Positions 48,039 through 56,958 of a stretch of 64,000 nucleotides of DNA are shown one piece after another. Every line of letters starts with the position of its first letter. Position 1 is the stretch's first letter. The stretch comes from Candidatus Yonathbacteria bacterium RIFCSPLOWO2_01_FULL_43_27 (lineage in GTDB: Bacteria > Patescibacteriota > Minisyncoccia > Phycocordibacterales > UBA1550), in the NCBI GenBank assembly GCA_001823545.1, contig MHUV01000003.1:86398-150397 (forward strand). Direction: 5' to 3'. The notes under the pieces were generated by a model. That model was not told the DNA's origin and searched no databases. It saw only the letters and a program-made list of their open reading frames with translations. A program made the position numbers and the translations under genes.

Positions 48039-48758
48039 ATGGAAGAACAAAACAATGCACAAACACCCGAGATGACATCGCCTACCATCTCTACTAATAA
48101 TTTCGCTGTTCCTATTGCAATCGTGATTGCAGGACTTGCTATCGCTATAGCAGTTTATTTTGGCGACAATAAGAAAATCACCCCACCAGCAGAAGCACAA
48201 AATGTAATCGTTTCTGCTGTTACGGCAGATGATCACATACTCGGCAATCCTCGTGCGAAGGTTATTGTTGTTGAATACTCAGATACTGAATGTCCATTTT
48301 GTAAAATGTTCCACGACACGATGAATAAAGTAATGGGTGAATATGGAGAAGGTGGTAATGTTGCGTGGGTGTATCGCCACTATCCACTTCCTTTCCATCA
48401 AAAAGCTCCTAAAGAAGCAGAAGCAACTGAATGTGCTAACAAACTTGGTGGCACAGAAAAGTATTGGACATACATAAACACCATCTTTAGAGTAACTCAA
48501 GGAAATGACAGCTTGAACGAAGCAGAACTTCCAAAAATTGCTGAGGAAATTGGACTTGATAAAACTGCATTCATGAATTGTCTTTCAAGTGGTGAAATGA
48601 AAGCACGCGTAGATCGTGATATGAAAAGCGGACAGACAGCAGGGGTAAACGGTACTCCCCACTCAATTGTTCTCGTGAACGGCAAAGTAGCAGGCACGAT
48701 CAAAGGCGCACAACCATACGAGCAAGTAAAAGCAATTATTGAAGCAGCACTCAAATAA
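48039..48758 (+). CDS. DsbA-family thiol:disulfide oxidoreductase, membrane-anchored
   Basis: N-terminal TM. Thioredoxin-fold CPFC active site (EYSDTECPFCKMFH). Confidence 0.75.
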   Translation: MEEQNNAQTPEMTSPTISTNNFAVPIAIVIAGLAIAIAVYFGDNKKITPPAEAQNVIVSAVTADDHILGNPRAKVIVVEYSDTECPFCKMFHDTMNKVMGEYGEGGNVAWVYRHYPLPFHQKAPKEAEATECANKLGGTEKYWTYINTIFRVTQGNDSLNEAELPKIAEEIGLDKTAFMNCLSSGEMKARVDRDMKSGQTAGVNGTPHSIVLVNGKVAGTIKGAQPYEQVKAIIEAALK

Positions 48759-48780
48759 CACGTGAGAGAATTTTGTAACA

Positions 48781-48815
48781 AAAAAAGAACGTGTCTTAAC
48801 GACACGTTCTTTTTT
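48781..48815. terminator. Bidirectional rho-independent terminator
   Basis: aaaaaagaacgtgtc-ttaac-gacacgttctttttt, a 9-bp GC-containing stem with flanking A- and T-runs. Confidence 0.65.
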
Positions 48816-48852
48816 TGTTCTTGTTTTTTATTTTTGTTTTTATATAAAATTG

Positions 48853-48898
48853 CAATGACAGCCTATCCAGTACTATAGTACTGGATAGGCTGTCATTG
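48853..48898. repeat. 46-bp perfect palindrome (23+23, no spacer)
   Basis: caatgacagcctatccagtacta|tagtactggataggctgtcattg. It lies in the convergent gap between the DsbA-like gene and sufT, just after a canonical terminator. Confidence 0.8.
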
Positions 48899-48914
48899 AC
48901 TTTTTGCTGACACC

Positions 48915-49211
48915 TTATACGCCCAACATCATGCGCACGTCAGGAGATGGTTCCCATGCAGGCTCGAAGGTGAGCTCTACGCGTACTTCACCTTCTTCGT
49001 ATCCAAGTTCGGAAACCTTTTCTTCTACCGCAGAAATAAGCTCATTTGCAAAAGGGCAAAGAGGTGTCGTGAGGGTCATCAATATTTCAACACCATCCTC
49101 CACAACCGCAATCTTATAAATGAGCCCGAGTGTCCACACGTCAATCTCAATCTCTGGATCCTTTACCAGTTTTATCTTTTCAATAATTTGTTGTTCGTTT
49201 ATATTTTTCAT
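48915..49211 (-). CDS. Fe-S cluster assembly protein SufT-like (DUF59/MIP18 family)
   Basis: 98 aa. DPEIEIDVWTLGLIY...TPLCPF is the DUF59 signature. It is the last gene of the suf cluster. Confidence 0.7.
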   Translation of the reverse strand: MKNINEQQIIEKIKLVKDPEIEIDVWTLGLIYKIAVVEDGVEILMTLTTPLCPFANELISAVEEKVSELGYEEGEVRVELTFEPAWEPSPDVRMMLGV

Positions 49212-49213
49212 AA

Positions 49214-49945
49214 TTATATATTTTCAAAACCTTTCGTTAATATCTCGCGGGCAAGTTCTACATCACCAGTACGTACGATTCTTCCTCCTTTCATTACTGA
49301 CACACGGTCTGGGGTAACTTTTTCAAGAATTGAACCAAGGTGTGTGACTATAACAAAGCCCGTCCCCTGACTTCGCAGTTTTTCAATTCCCGCAAAAATC
49401 TTGTTCAAGGAATCAATATCGACACCAGAATCGATCTCATCGAGGAGCGCGAATTTTGGTTCGAGTGCAAGAAGTTGGATAAACTCACCTTGTTTCTTTT
49501 CGCCACCGGAAAAGCCCACATTTACCGAACGTTTGAGAAGATTATCATCAAGATTAAACTCCTTTATTTTTTCAACAATATTTTTATAAAAATTTGGTAC
49601 TGAAATTTCGTCCCCTTTCAAAAGCCGATGTGCGCGGTGGAGAAATGAGAGCATCGTCACCCCAGGAATTGCCGGCAAATACTGCATCGCGAGGGTAATC
49701 CCCTTGTTTGCTTTCTTCTCGGTGGGAAGTGTCGTAACATCCTCACCATCGAGAAGAATAGTTCCATTCACTATTTCATACGATGGGTGCCCCATCACGG
49801 CATTCAAGAGCGTAGATTTTCCTGAACCATTGGGGCCAAGAATGATGTGAATCTCACCTTCGCGCACCTCGAGCGACACGTCAGAAACCACCGGTTCTCC
49901 TGCGCGATTGATAGTTAGGTTGTTGAGAGAAAAAACAGATGACAT
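49214..49945 (-). CDS. sufC: Fe-S cluster assembly ATPase SufC
   Basis: Walker A GPNGSGKST. SufC-type signature region. 243 aa. Confidence 0.85.
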   Translation of the reverse strand: MSSVFSLNNLTINRAGEPVVSDVSLEVREGEIHIILGPNGSGKSTLLNAVMGHPSYEIVNGTILLDGEDVTTLPTEKKANKGITLAMQYLPAIPGVTMLSFLHRAHRLLKGDEISVPNFYKNIVEKIKEFNLDDNLLKRSVNVGFSGGEKKQGEFIQLLALEPKFALLDEIDSGVDIDSLNKIFAGIEKLRSQGTGFVIVTHLGSILEKVTPDRVSVMKGGRIVRTGDVELAREILTKGFENI

Positions 49946-49949
49946 ACTT

Positions 49950-50324
49950 TTAATTTTTAATTTTTAATATTTTTTGCAGTGCTGCATATCCAAGGAGCGC
50001 ACAATTTACCCTCCCAGGACTCACCGGTACGCCCAGCATAGTATAGATATCTCCTGGCGACAAGAGCTTAAGTTGGTTTAATGTCTTCCCTTTCAACGTG
50101 TCGGTAAGCATCGAAAGGGCTGCTTGGGAAATCGCGCATCCTTCTCCTTGAAATGCAATGTCGGAAATATGCCCTGTATCATCAAAGCACATTTGTAATG
50201 TAGCATAGTCTCCACACGAAGCATTGCGCGTTTCAGCCTCTACTCCCGCACAGGAAACCACCCTCTTGTTATGAGGATGTTTATAGTGATCTAAAATATT
50301 TTCTTGATACATTTCGTCGTGCAT
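49950..50324 (-). CDS. sufU: Fe-S cluster scaffold SufU/IscU-like (NifU N-terminal family)
   Basis: Conserved Cys ligands (SCGD, GEGCAISQA, NCALLGY). Confidence 0.8.
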   Translation of the reverse strand: MHDEMYQENILDHYKHPHNKRVVSCAGVEAETRNASCGDYATLQMCFDDTGHISDIAFQGEGCAISQAALSMLTDTLKGKTLNQLKLLSPGDIYTMLGVPVSPGRVNCALLGYAALQKILKIKN

Positions 50325-50335
50325 AGTGTTGTTAG

Positions 50336-51583
50336 TTATGAGGCACTAAAAACGTGCCGTACTGTTTCAATTCCTCGAACGAGCGCATCAATATCCTCGC
50401 GCGTATTATAGAAATAAAAACTAGCGCGCGTACTTGCGATAATACCCAGAGCCGTATGAAGGGGCATTGCGCAATGATGTCCTGCGCGCACCGCAACCTT
50501 TTCCTTGCCTAAAATATACGCAATATCATGTGCATGGATACCTTCGATAACAAAAGAAACAATACCAATATTTTTTCCCTGCTCTTTTTCTGTAATAACC
50601 CGTACTCCTGGAATTTTCTCGAGACGTGCAATCGCTTCTTGAACAAGATCCTCGCTATGTTTACGAATATACTCAATTCCTACATTCTCAAGATATTCTA
50701 CTGCAGCTCCAAGGCCAATTGCCTCAGCGATAGGAGGTGTCCCTGCTTCAAAACGCTCAGGAATGAGTCCCCATGTCGCCGTAGTCGTTGTTACTGAATC
50801 AACCATTCCCCCGCCGTATGTTCCTGGTTCAAGTTTTTCCAAAAGTTCCTCACGAACCCACAACACGCCAATACCGGTAGGCCCGCACATTTTATGCCCT
50901 GAAAAATAAAGCGCATCAATTCCAAGTGCACGAACATCAACGGGTATATGACCAACAGCAGCGGTTGCGTCGCATATAACAAGCGCGCCAACACGATGTG
51001 CAATTTTTGCAATATATGCCACGTCTTGTATTGTCCCCGTAACATTGGACGCAAGACAAACACTCACAATCTTTGTCTTTGTCGTAATGAGTTCATCCAC
51101 CGGACGGTAATCAAGCCCATATGAATTATGAGCGAGCGGAATATGTTTCAACGTGAGACCTCGTCTCTTTGCAAGTTCTTGGAGCGGGATCAAGCTCGCA
51201 TGATGTTCCATAATGGTTGTAACGATCTCGTCGCCCTTCTCGAGCGTCATATCCAAGGTCCGACCTTGGATGGAATGTTCGAGCATCGCCACCAGCATAT
51301 TTGATGAAGCGGTAGCTCCAGACGTAAAAATGATCTCGCGTGTTTCAGCACCAATAAATCGTGCGATTTTTGTGCGAGCGTTTTCATATGCCGAACTCGC
51401 CTCCTCGCTCGCACGATACAACCCACGATGCACATTGGCGCGCGATGACACATAGTACGCATGCATTGCGTCAAGGACTACCTGTGGCGTCTGTGAAGAC
51501 GCAGCGTTATCAAGGTAGGCACCTTCGCGCCCCGCATCAGAAAAAAAAGGAAAATCTTGTTTGAATATTGTTTCGTTCGTCAT
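50336..51583 (-). CDS. sufS: Cysteine desulfurase SufS (class V aminotransferase)
   Basis: PLP-lysine context SGHKMCGPTGIGVLW. Catalytic Cys loop RAGHHCAMPL. Confidence 0.9.
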   Translation of the reverse strand: MTNETIFKQDFPFFSDAGREGAYLDNAASSQTPQVVLDAMHAYYVSSRANVHRGLYRASEEASSAYENARTKIARFIGAETREIIFTSGATASSNMLVAMLEHSIQGRTLDMTLEKGDEIVTTIMEHHASLIPLQELAKRRGLTLKHIPLAHNSYGLDYRPVDELITTKTKIVSVCLASNVTGTIQDVAYIAKIAHRVGALVICDATAAVGHIPVDVRALGIDALYFSGHKMCGPTGIGVLWVREELLEKLEPGTYGGGMVDSVTTTTATWGLIPERFEAGTPPIAEAIGLGAAVEYLENVGIEYIRKHSEDLVQEAIARLEKIPGVRVITEKEQGKNIGIVSFVIEGIHAHDIAYILGKEKVAVRAGHHCAMPLHTALGIIASTRASFYFYNTREDIDALVRGIETVRHVFSAS

Positions 51584-52923
51584 TATTCCATTTCAAGTGC
51601 AATAAGTTTATTAAGCTCAACCGCGTATTCAAGAGGAAGTTCTTTAATAATAGGATTTGCAAAGCCTCCTACCGCAAGTCGTATTGCCTCACGTTCACTA
51701 AACCCACGTGTTTTTAAATAAAAGATTTCATCATCACCAATGCGCCCAATGTGTGCTTCGTGAGAAATATCAACCTGCTCATTGGCATTCTGTATTGCAG
51801 GAAAAGAATTTGCCTGAGATTCGCTGTCGAGGAGAAGTGAATCACATACGAGTGATGAATGCGTATCCGTTGCTTTCTTTGAAACCTTGATGAGTCCACG
51901 ATAATTTGCAATCCCCCCATCCTTTGAAATAGATTTTGAAAAAATAGTAGACGTAGTGTGTGGTGCAAGATGAATTGCTTTTGCTCCCGTGTCTTGCACC
52001 TGCCCTTTCCCTGCAATAACCAAGCCAAGATTGTCCGCGCGTGCGCCCTCACCAACAAGGACTGACGATGGATAGAGCATGGTAACTCCCGACCCCATAT
52101 TCCCTCCTATCCACTTGATCTCCGCGTTTCGTTCTACGATGGCACGCTTGGTATTTAAATTGTAGGTATTCAGTGACCAATTTTCAATACTAATGTATTT
52201 CACTTTGGCACCCGGAAGCACGAAAATTTCTACACAACCTGCGTGAAGCGACGACGCATTATAGCGTGGTGCTGAACACCCCTCAATATATTCGAGTTCC
52301 GAACCCTCGTCTGCAATGATGAGCGTATGTTCAAACTGCGCACTTCGTTCTTTCTGCATACGAAAGTATGCTTGAAGAGGCATTTCAACTTTCACCCCCT
52401 TTGGCACGTAGATAAACGTACCACCGCTCCATACCGCAGTATGAAGCATTGAAAATTTATGATCCTCAACGGGTACACATTTCGTCATAAAATATTTCTG
52501 CACGAGGTCTGGATACTTTTCAAGCGCGGTATCCATATTTTCAAAAATGACCCCTTTATCTGCAAGAGACTTTTTTAAGTGATGATACACACTTCCTGAG
52601 TCATACTGTGCACCAACACCCCCAAGATACTCGCGCTCTGCTTTCGGAATACCAAGTTTTTCAAATGTCTCACTAATTTCTGTAGGCAATGTTTCCCACG
52701 CATTCGCTTCTGCGACTCCAGGATCGACATAATAATTCATATGCTCTAAATCAAGCCCTTCGAGTGAAGGACCAAACTTTGGCATTGGTGTTTTTAGATA
52801 GAGTGCAAGCCCTAAAAGACGCTTTTCAAGCATCCATGCGGGCTCGCCCTTAGACGACGAGATACGCCTTACGAGTTCCTCGGAAAGGCCGGTATTATAT
52901 GCTGATTTCTCTTCATGCGACAT
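51583..52923 (-). CDS. sufB: Fe-S cluster assembly protein SufB
   Basis: 446 aa. SufB/SufD beta-helix C-terminal domain. Confidence 0.85.
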   Translation of the reverse strand: MSHEEKSAYNTGLSEELVRRISSSKGEPAWMLEKRLLGLALYLKTPMPKFGPSLEGLDLEHMNYYVDPGVAEANAWETLPTEISETFEKLGIPKAEREYLGGVGAQYDSGSVYHHLKKSLADKGVIFENMDTALEKYPDLVQKYFMTKCVPVEDHKFSMLHTAVWSGGTFIYVPKGVKVEMPLQAYFRMQKERSAQFEHTLIIADEGSELEYIEGCSAPRYNASSLHAGCVEIFVLPGAKVKYISIENWSLNTYNLNTKRAIVERNAEIKWIGGNMGSGVTMLYPSSVLVGEGARADNLGLVIAGKGQVQDTGAKAIHLAPHTTSTIFSKSISKDGGIANYRGLIKVSKKATDTHSSLVCDSLLLDSESQANSFPAIQNANEQVDISHEAHIGRIGDDEIFYLKTRGFSEREAIRLAVGGFANPIIKELPLEYAVELNKLIALEME

Positions 52924-53023
52924 CTTATTATCTTACCACAATTTATCGATTTTGACAACAACCTCCTTTTTGTATATACTTATATTTAGAGTTTGATTAA
53001 AAAAATGGAATAGGAGGCGTTCA

Positions 53024-53533
53024 ATGCCAACAGAAAATGCCGTCGAGGAATGTTCAAAGTGTGGAGCCGTTATGAGCTTTGTTTGTTTTATAGATAAGAA
53101 AACGAAGGAAGAAATACCAGCAGGGTTTATGGAAAAAGGAACCATGTCCGGAGGACTTCTCTCTGGAACTCTCAGAAGATACCGCTGTTCAAACGGGCAC
53201 GCAGGAACAAGAGAGAACGATGATTTTCCGGTAAAAGAGTTTCAAATCTTGGACGAAAATGATTCGTTTAGGAACGCGAAGGAACTCGTCGGCTACGCTG
53301 AGATACACTCCAAAACAGAACGAGCACTTATCTCGTTCAAACACCTCGTCTGTTTGACGTATATTGCCGACTATGACTTATCAAGTATAACAAGGGAAAA
53401 CGTGGAGGAAAGAAACAACTTCCACTCACTCCATACCTACCCCGGCATCATCGATAAGGCAAAAAATAGACTAAAGACACTCCCTTCGAACTGGCTCGAC
53501 CAGCTGAGCAAACAAATCGAAGTGCAGGGGTAA
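53024..53533 (+). CDS. Hypothetical protein with an N-terminal CxxC zinc-ribbon-like motif
   Basis: GGAGG SD before the ATG. EECSKCGAVMSF...RYRCSNGH. Confidence 0.4.
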   Translation: MPTENAVEECSKCGAVMSFVCFIDKKTKEEIPAGFMEKGTMSGGLLSGTLRRYRCSNGHAGTRENDDFPVKEFQILDENDSFRNAKELVGYAEIHSKTERALISFKHLVCLTYIADYDLSSITRENVEERNNFHSLHTYPGIIDKAKNRLKTLPSNWLDQLSKQIEVQG

Positions 53534-53556
53534 TAGTAAGGACGATATAAACAAAC

Positions 53557-53586
53557 ATAGCGCGGTACCCTAGGGTACCGCGCTAT
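53557..53586. terminator. 30-bp perfect palindrome, bidirectional intrinsic terminator
   Basis: atagcgcggtaccc|tagggtaccgcgctat followed by ttattttta. It lies between convergent 53024..53533 and rpoD. Confidence 0.7.
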
Positions 53587-53609
53587 TATTTTTATTCGCT
53601 TTAATAAGA

Positions 53610-54911
53610 TTAATAATTTCTCAACTTATCTATCTTCTCGTGTGCGCGAATCTTTTCGATTGCTTTTGCTTCAATCTGGCGAATACGTTCACGCGTTACC
53701 GCAAACTCCCTCCCCACTTCTTCGAGGGTGTGGATCACTCCATCGACGAGACCGTGACGCATTTCCAAAATCTTGCGTTCTTTTTCTGAAAGATCACTCA
53801 TAATCTCTTTTACTTGATCAGAAAGAATACGTTGCGCAGACTCTTGTGAAGGCGAAAGGATCTTATCGTCAGCAATAAACTCACCGAGAGTGGATTTCTC
53901 ATCGTCATCACCAATAGGCTTCTCGAGAGATACCGTGTCTTGGTCAATATTTTTAATAATGTAAATCTTCTCCACGTCAAGCCCCATCTCGGTTGCCACT
54001 TCATCAGGAAGTGGTTCACGTCCAAGATCCTGTGATAAACGACGCACCACTTGTTTGTATTTTGAAATGGTTTCTACCATGTGCACAGGAATACGAATCG
54101 TGCGCGACTGATCGGCGAGTGCACGCGTAATTGCCTGACGAATCCACCATGTTGCATACGTAGAAAACTTGTATCCTTTTTCCCATTCAAATTTTTCCAC
54201 GGCCTTAAAGAGGCCAAGGTTGCCCTCCTGGATAAGGTCGAGAAGGGTGAGGTCGGCACTTCGTCCTACGTACTTCTTTGCAATAGAAACCACGAGGCGG
54301 AGGTTCGCGCGCGCAAGTACATTTTTAGCCTCCTCGTCCCCTTCCTGAATACGCTTTGCAAGATCACGCTCATCTGCTGCAGAAATGAGTGAGTATTGCC
54401 CGATCTCCTTCAAATACATCTGAATGGAATCATATGAAGAATCTCCACTTTTGTAGGAATACTTTTTATGTACAAGTGCTTCTTCGGGTTCAATATCAAG
54501 AAGGCCACCGCTTTCTAATACATCAATATTGGTATCTGAAAGCTTTCCGTACAACTCGTCGAGAAACGAAACGTCTTGTTCGATATTAGGGAATTCTTTA
54601 AGGATTTCATTGAAGGTAATGAAGCCACGTCCGCGACCTTTGGCGATAAGGCGCGCTGCTTTTTCTTCCCAACGTTCTGCAACCTTTACATTGCGCGCTG
54701 GTTTCTTGGACGCCGGAACTACCTTTTTACCAGAAGGTACTTTCTTTACCGGTTTTTTTACCGACGTCTTTTTGACGTCCTTTTTTGCAACCTTTTTTAC
54801 CACTGTTTTTTTCGCAGGAATTTTAACAGTTTTTTTTGCCTTTACCGCTAATGTTTTAGCGGGTGAAGGAGTTGCTTTCTTGAGTTTTTTCGTAGTTGTT
54901 TTTTTTGACAT
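53610..54911 (-). CDS. rpoD: RNA polymerase primary sigma factor (sigma-70) with a Lys/Ala/Pro-rich histone-H1-like N-terminal extension
   Basis: Region 2.4 and 4.2 signatures ([39 protein letters not shown]). The N-terminal roughly 75 aa are KKT/KKV repeats. Confidence 0.9.
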   Translation of the reverse strand: MSKKTTTKKLKKATPSPAKTLAVKAKKTVKIPAKKTVVKKVAKKDVKKTSVKKPVKKVPSGKKVVPASKKPARNVKVAERWEEKAARLIAKGRGRGFITFNEILKEFPNIEQDVSFLDELYGKLSDTNIDVLESGGLLDIEPEEALVHKKYSYKSGDSSYDSIQMYLKEIGQYSLISAADERDLAKRIQEGDEEAKNVLARANLRLVVSIAKKYVGRSADLTLLDLIQEGNLGLFKAVEKFEWEKGYKFSTYATWWIRQAITRALADQSRTIRIPVHMVETISKYKQVVRRLSQDLGREPLPDEVATEMGLDVEKIYIIKNIDQDTVSLEKPIGDDDEKSTLGEFIADDKILSPSQESAQRILSDQVKEIMSDLSEKERKILEMRHGLVDGVIHTLEEVGREFAVTRERIRQIEAKAIEKIRAHEKIDKLRNY

Positions 54912-54964
54912 ACGTAAGTAAATGTATAAATATTAATCGCCGGTAAATGGAGTACTATCCCCCA

Positions 54965-56680
54965 TCATGTTCCCTTAAAGCCCTGTAATTTTTTTGATAT
55001 TTCCTGACACTCAACAAGAAGTCTTTGTGCACCTTCGATATCATTCTCTTTTTCTGCCTCCTTTAATTCTTTCATTTTTTCAGCAAACAATTCACGGTGT
55101 ATTTCTTCCTCAAGGTTCCTCAAAAGTTCTTCAATCTCCTCAGCAAGATGTTCATTTCCGTGAAACCGTGCCTCTGCCTCAAAGATGAGGGTGCCGGTAT
55201 CTTCGAACGACACCTCCTGTACGGGTATGGCTTCGAGGAGTTTTTCAAAGCGTGGTTGATATTGAGATATCTCAAGCGATGTTTCTTTGAGTCCTCCTTG
55301 CCATAAAAGAATACTCTTAATAATACGTGCGATGCGGGCACGGCGTGAGAGGGGTGCCATTTCTTCCGAAATCTTTTCTCGTGCGCGTTCTACAGAAGAG
55401 AGAACCTCACGTTTTTTTATTTCCTCCCAAATAGGTTCTTCTTTGATATGGAGCAAGCTCGCAATACGTCCCACAAAGTGGGCTACATCGAGCGTATTTT
55501 TTAGGTGTGCAATGAGCGGAATAACAATCTCCGAGATTTGCGTACGCACCATATGTGTATCGGGATATTTTTTCGGCAACAATTCAAGATAGAAATCGAT
55601 CACGTGACGCGCCTCGCGAATTGCGTTGCTCCACGCTTCACGATCACGAAGAATCAGATCTGCAGGGTCAAGTCCTTCAGGAAGCGATGCGACAGAAACC
55701 GTCATATCCTGATCGAAAGCAAGCTCGACCGCGCGGTGCGTCGCCGAAAGTCCTGCCTTATCAGCGTCGAGTGCCAGCGTAAGATTTTTCGTAAAACGCT
55801 TAATGAGCGCAAGGTGGTCAATGGTTAATGCTGTCCCAGACGATGCAACAGCATTCTTTACTCCTGCTTGGTGTGAAAGGATGAGGTCCATTTGCCCCTC
55901 AACAAGAACGGCGCGGTCTTCACGACGAAGTTCTTCACGTGCCTGATACAAACCGAATAGGATACGTGATTTGTGAAAAATCTCTGTCTCAGGGCTATTC
56001 ACGTATTTTGCAGAACCAGACGCACCCAACGTTTTACCTGTATCTTCATTCAAGATCCTCCCTGAAAACGCGATGACACGTCCCGAGCTATCCATAATAG
56101 GAAACATAATGCGCGAACGAAAACGATCATAGATCCCTTTCGGAGAACGCACAATGAGTCCTGCACGCTCCATTGCCTGTTCTGAAATACCTTTTTTTGT
56201 AAGGAAGTCACTAAGCGAACGCCATTCATCTGGTGCAAATCCAATATGGAATTGTTGTATCGTTTCATCTTCAAGGCCACGCCCCTGTAGATATCCGAGT
56301 GCGTCAGGAAATTTCAGCAATACCGCTTCATAGAATTTCGTTGCAAGCTCGAGCGCGCGATATATTTCTACACGTTCGTTCTTGGACTCACTGCGCTCGC
56401 GCGTAAGCTCTATCCCAGCACGTTCTGCAAGAATCTTTAATGCACCAGAAAAATCCAACCCTTCAATTTCTTCAACAAACGAGATAACATCGCCACCACG
56501 ATTACACCCAAAACAATGGTAAGTCTGTCGTGCGGACGAAATAAAGAACGATGGGGTTTTTTCACTATGAAAAGGACAGCACGCTTTATAGTTACCCCCC
56601 GCCTTTTCAAGCTTAATATACCCACTCGCTACATCAACAATATTTAGTCGTGATTTGATCTCTTCGGTAATAGAAGACAT
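54965..56680 (-). CDS. dnaG: DNA primase
   Basis: Zinc-binding CCPFHSEKTPSF...CFGC. TOPRIM (VLVEGQMDL). Confidence 0.9.
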   Translation of the reverse strand: MSSITEEIKSRLNIVDVASGYIKLEKAGGNYKACCPFHSEKTPSFFISSARQTYHCFGCNRGGDVISFVEEIEGLDFSGALKILAERAGIELTRERSESKNERVEIYRALELATKFYEAVLLKFPDALGYLQGRGLEDETIQQFHIGFAPDEWRSLSDFLTKKGISEQAMERAGLIVRSPKGIYDRFRSRIMFPIMDSSGRVIAFSGRILNEDTGKTLGASGSAKYVNSPETEIFHKSRILFGLYQAREELRREDRAVLVEGQMDLILSHQAGVKNAVASSGTALTIDHLALIKRFTKNLTLALDADKAGLSATHRAVELAFDQDMTVSVASLPEGLDPADLILRDREAWSNAIREARHVIDFYLELLPKKYPDTHMVRTQISEIVIPLIAHLKNTLDVAHFVGRIASLLHIKEEPIWEEIKKREVLSSVERAREKISEEMAPLSRRARIARIIKSILLWQGGLKETSLEISQYQPRFEKLLEAIPVQEVSFEDTGTLIFEAEARFHGNEHLAEEIEELLRNLEEEIHRELFAEKMKELKEAEKENDIEGAQRLLVECQEISKKLQGFKGT

Positions 56681-56692
56681 AGTTTGGAGTTT

Positions 56693-56875
56693 GAACCTGT
56701 TTAGAATCTAATGGCTGAACAAAACGATAAAATCTTGAGCGAAAAACGAACTGGAGACCAAGCCGTATCGAGATACGGCATGGTCGAAGTGAAGTTTTGC
56801 AGCCGAGATTTTGTTGTTTTGGCAGCCAAGCATGGTTGTTAAGGTTTATTGTGCGTTTAGATTCTAAACAGGTTC
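56693..56875. ncRNA. Candidate structured RNA or MITE. It is a 183-nt segment closed by 19-bp perfect inverted repeats (gaacctgtttagaatctaa / ttagattctaaacaggttc).
   Basis: Perfect terminal IR. Internal complementary tracts (TGGCTG/CAGCCA) and an internal hairpin (gccgtat-cgag-atacggc) predict a long rod-like fold. It lies in the rpoC-dnaG gap. The strand is not determined. Confidence 0.3.
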
Positions 56876-56958
56876 TTACATGCTACGTTCGTAGCATTAC
56901 CACACAACACATTAAGAACGGAAGTATTGTCAATTTGAGACCGTAATCCTACAAGTAC

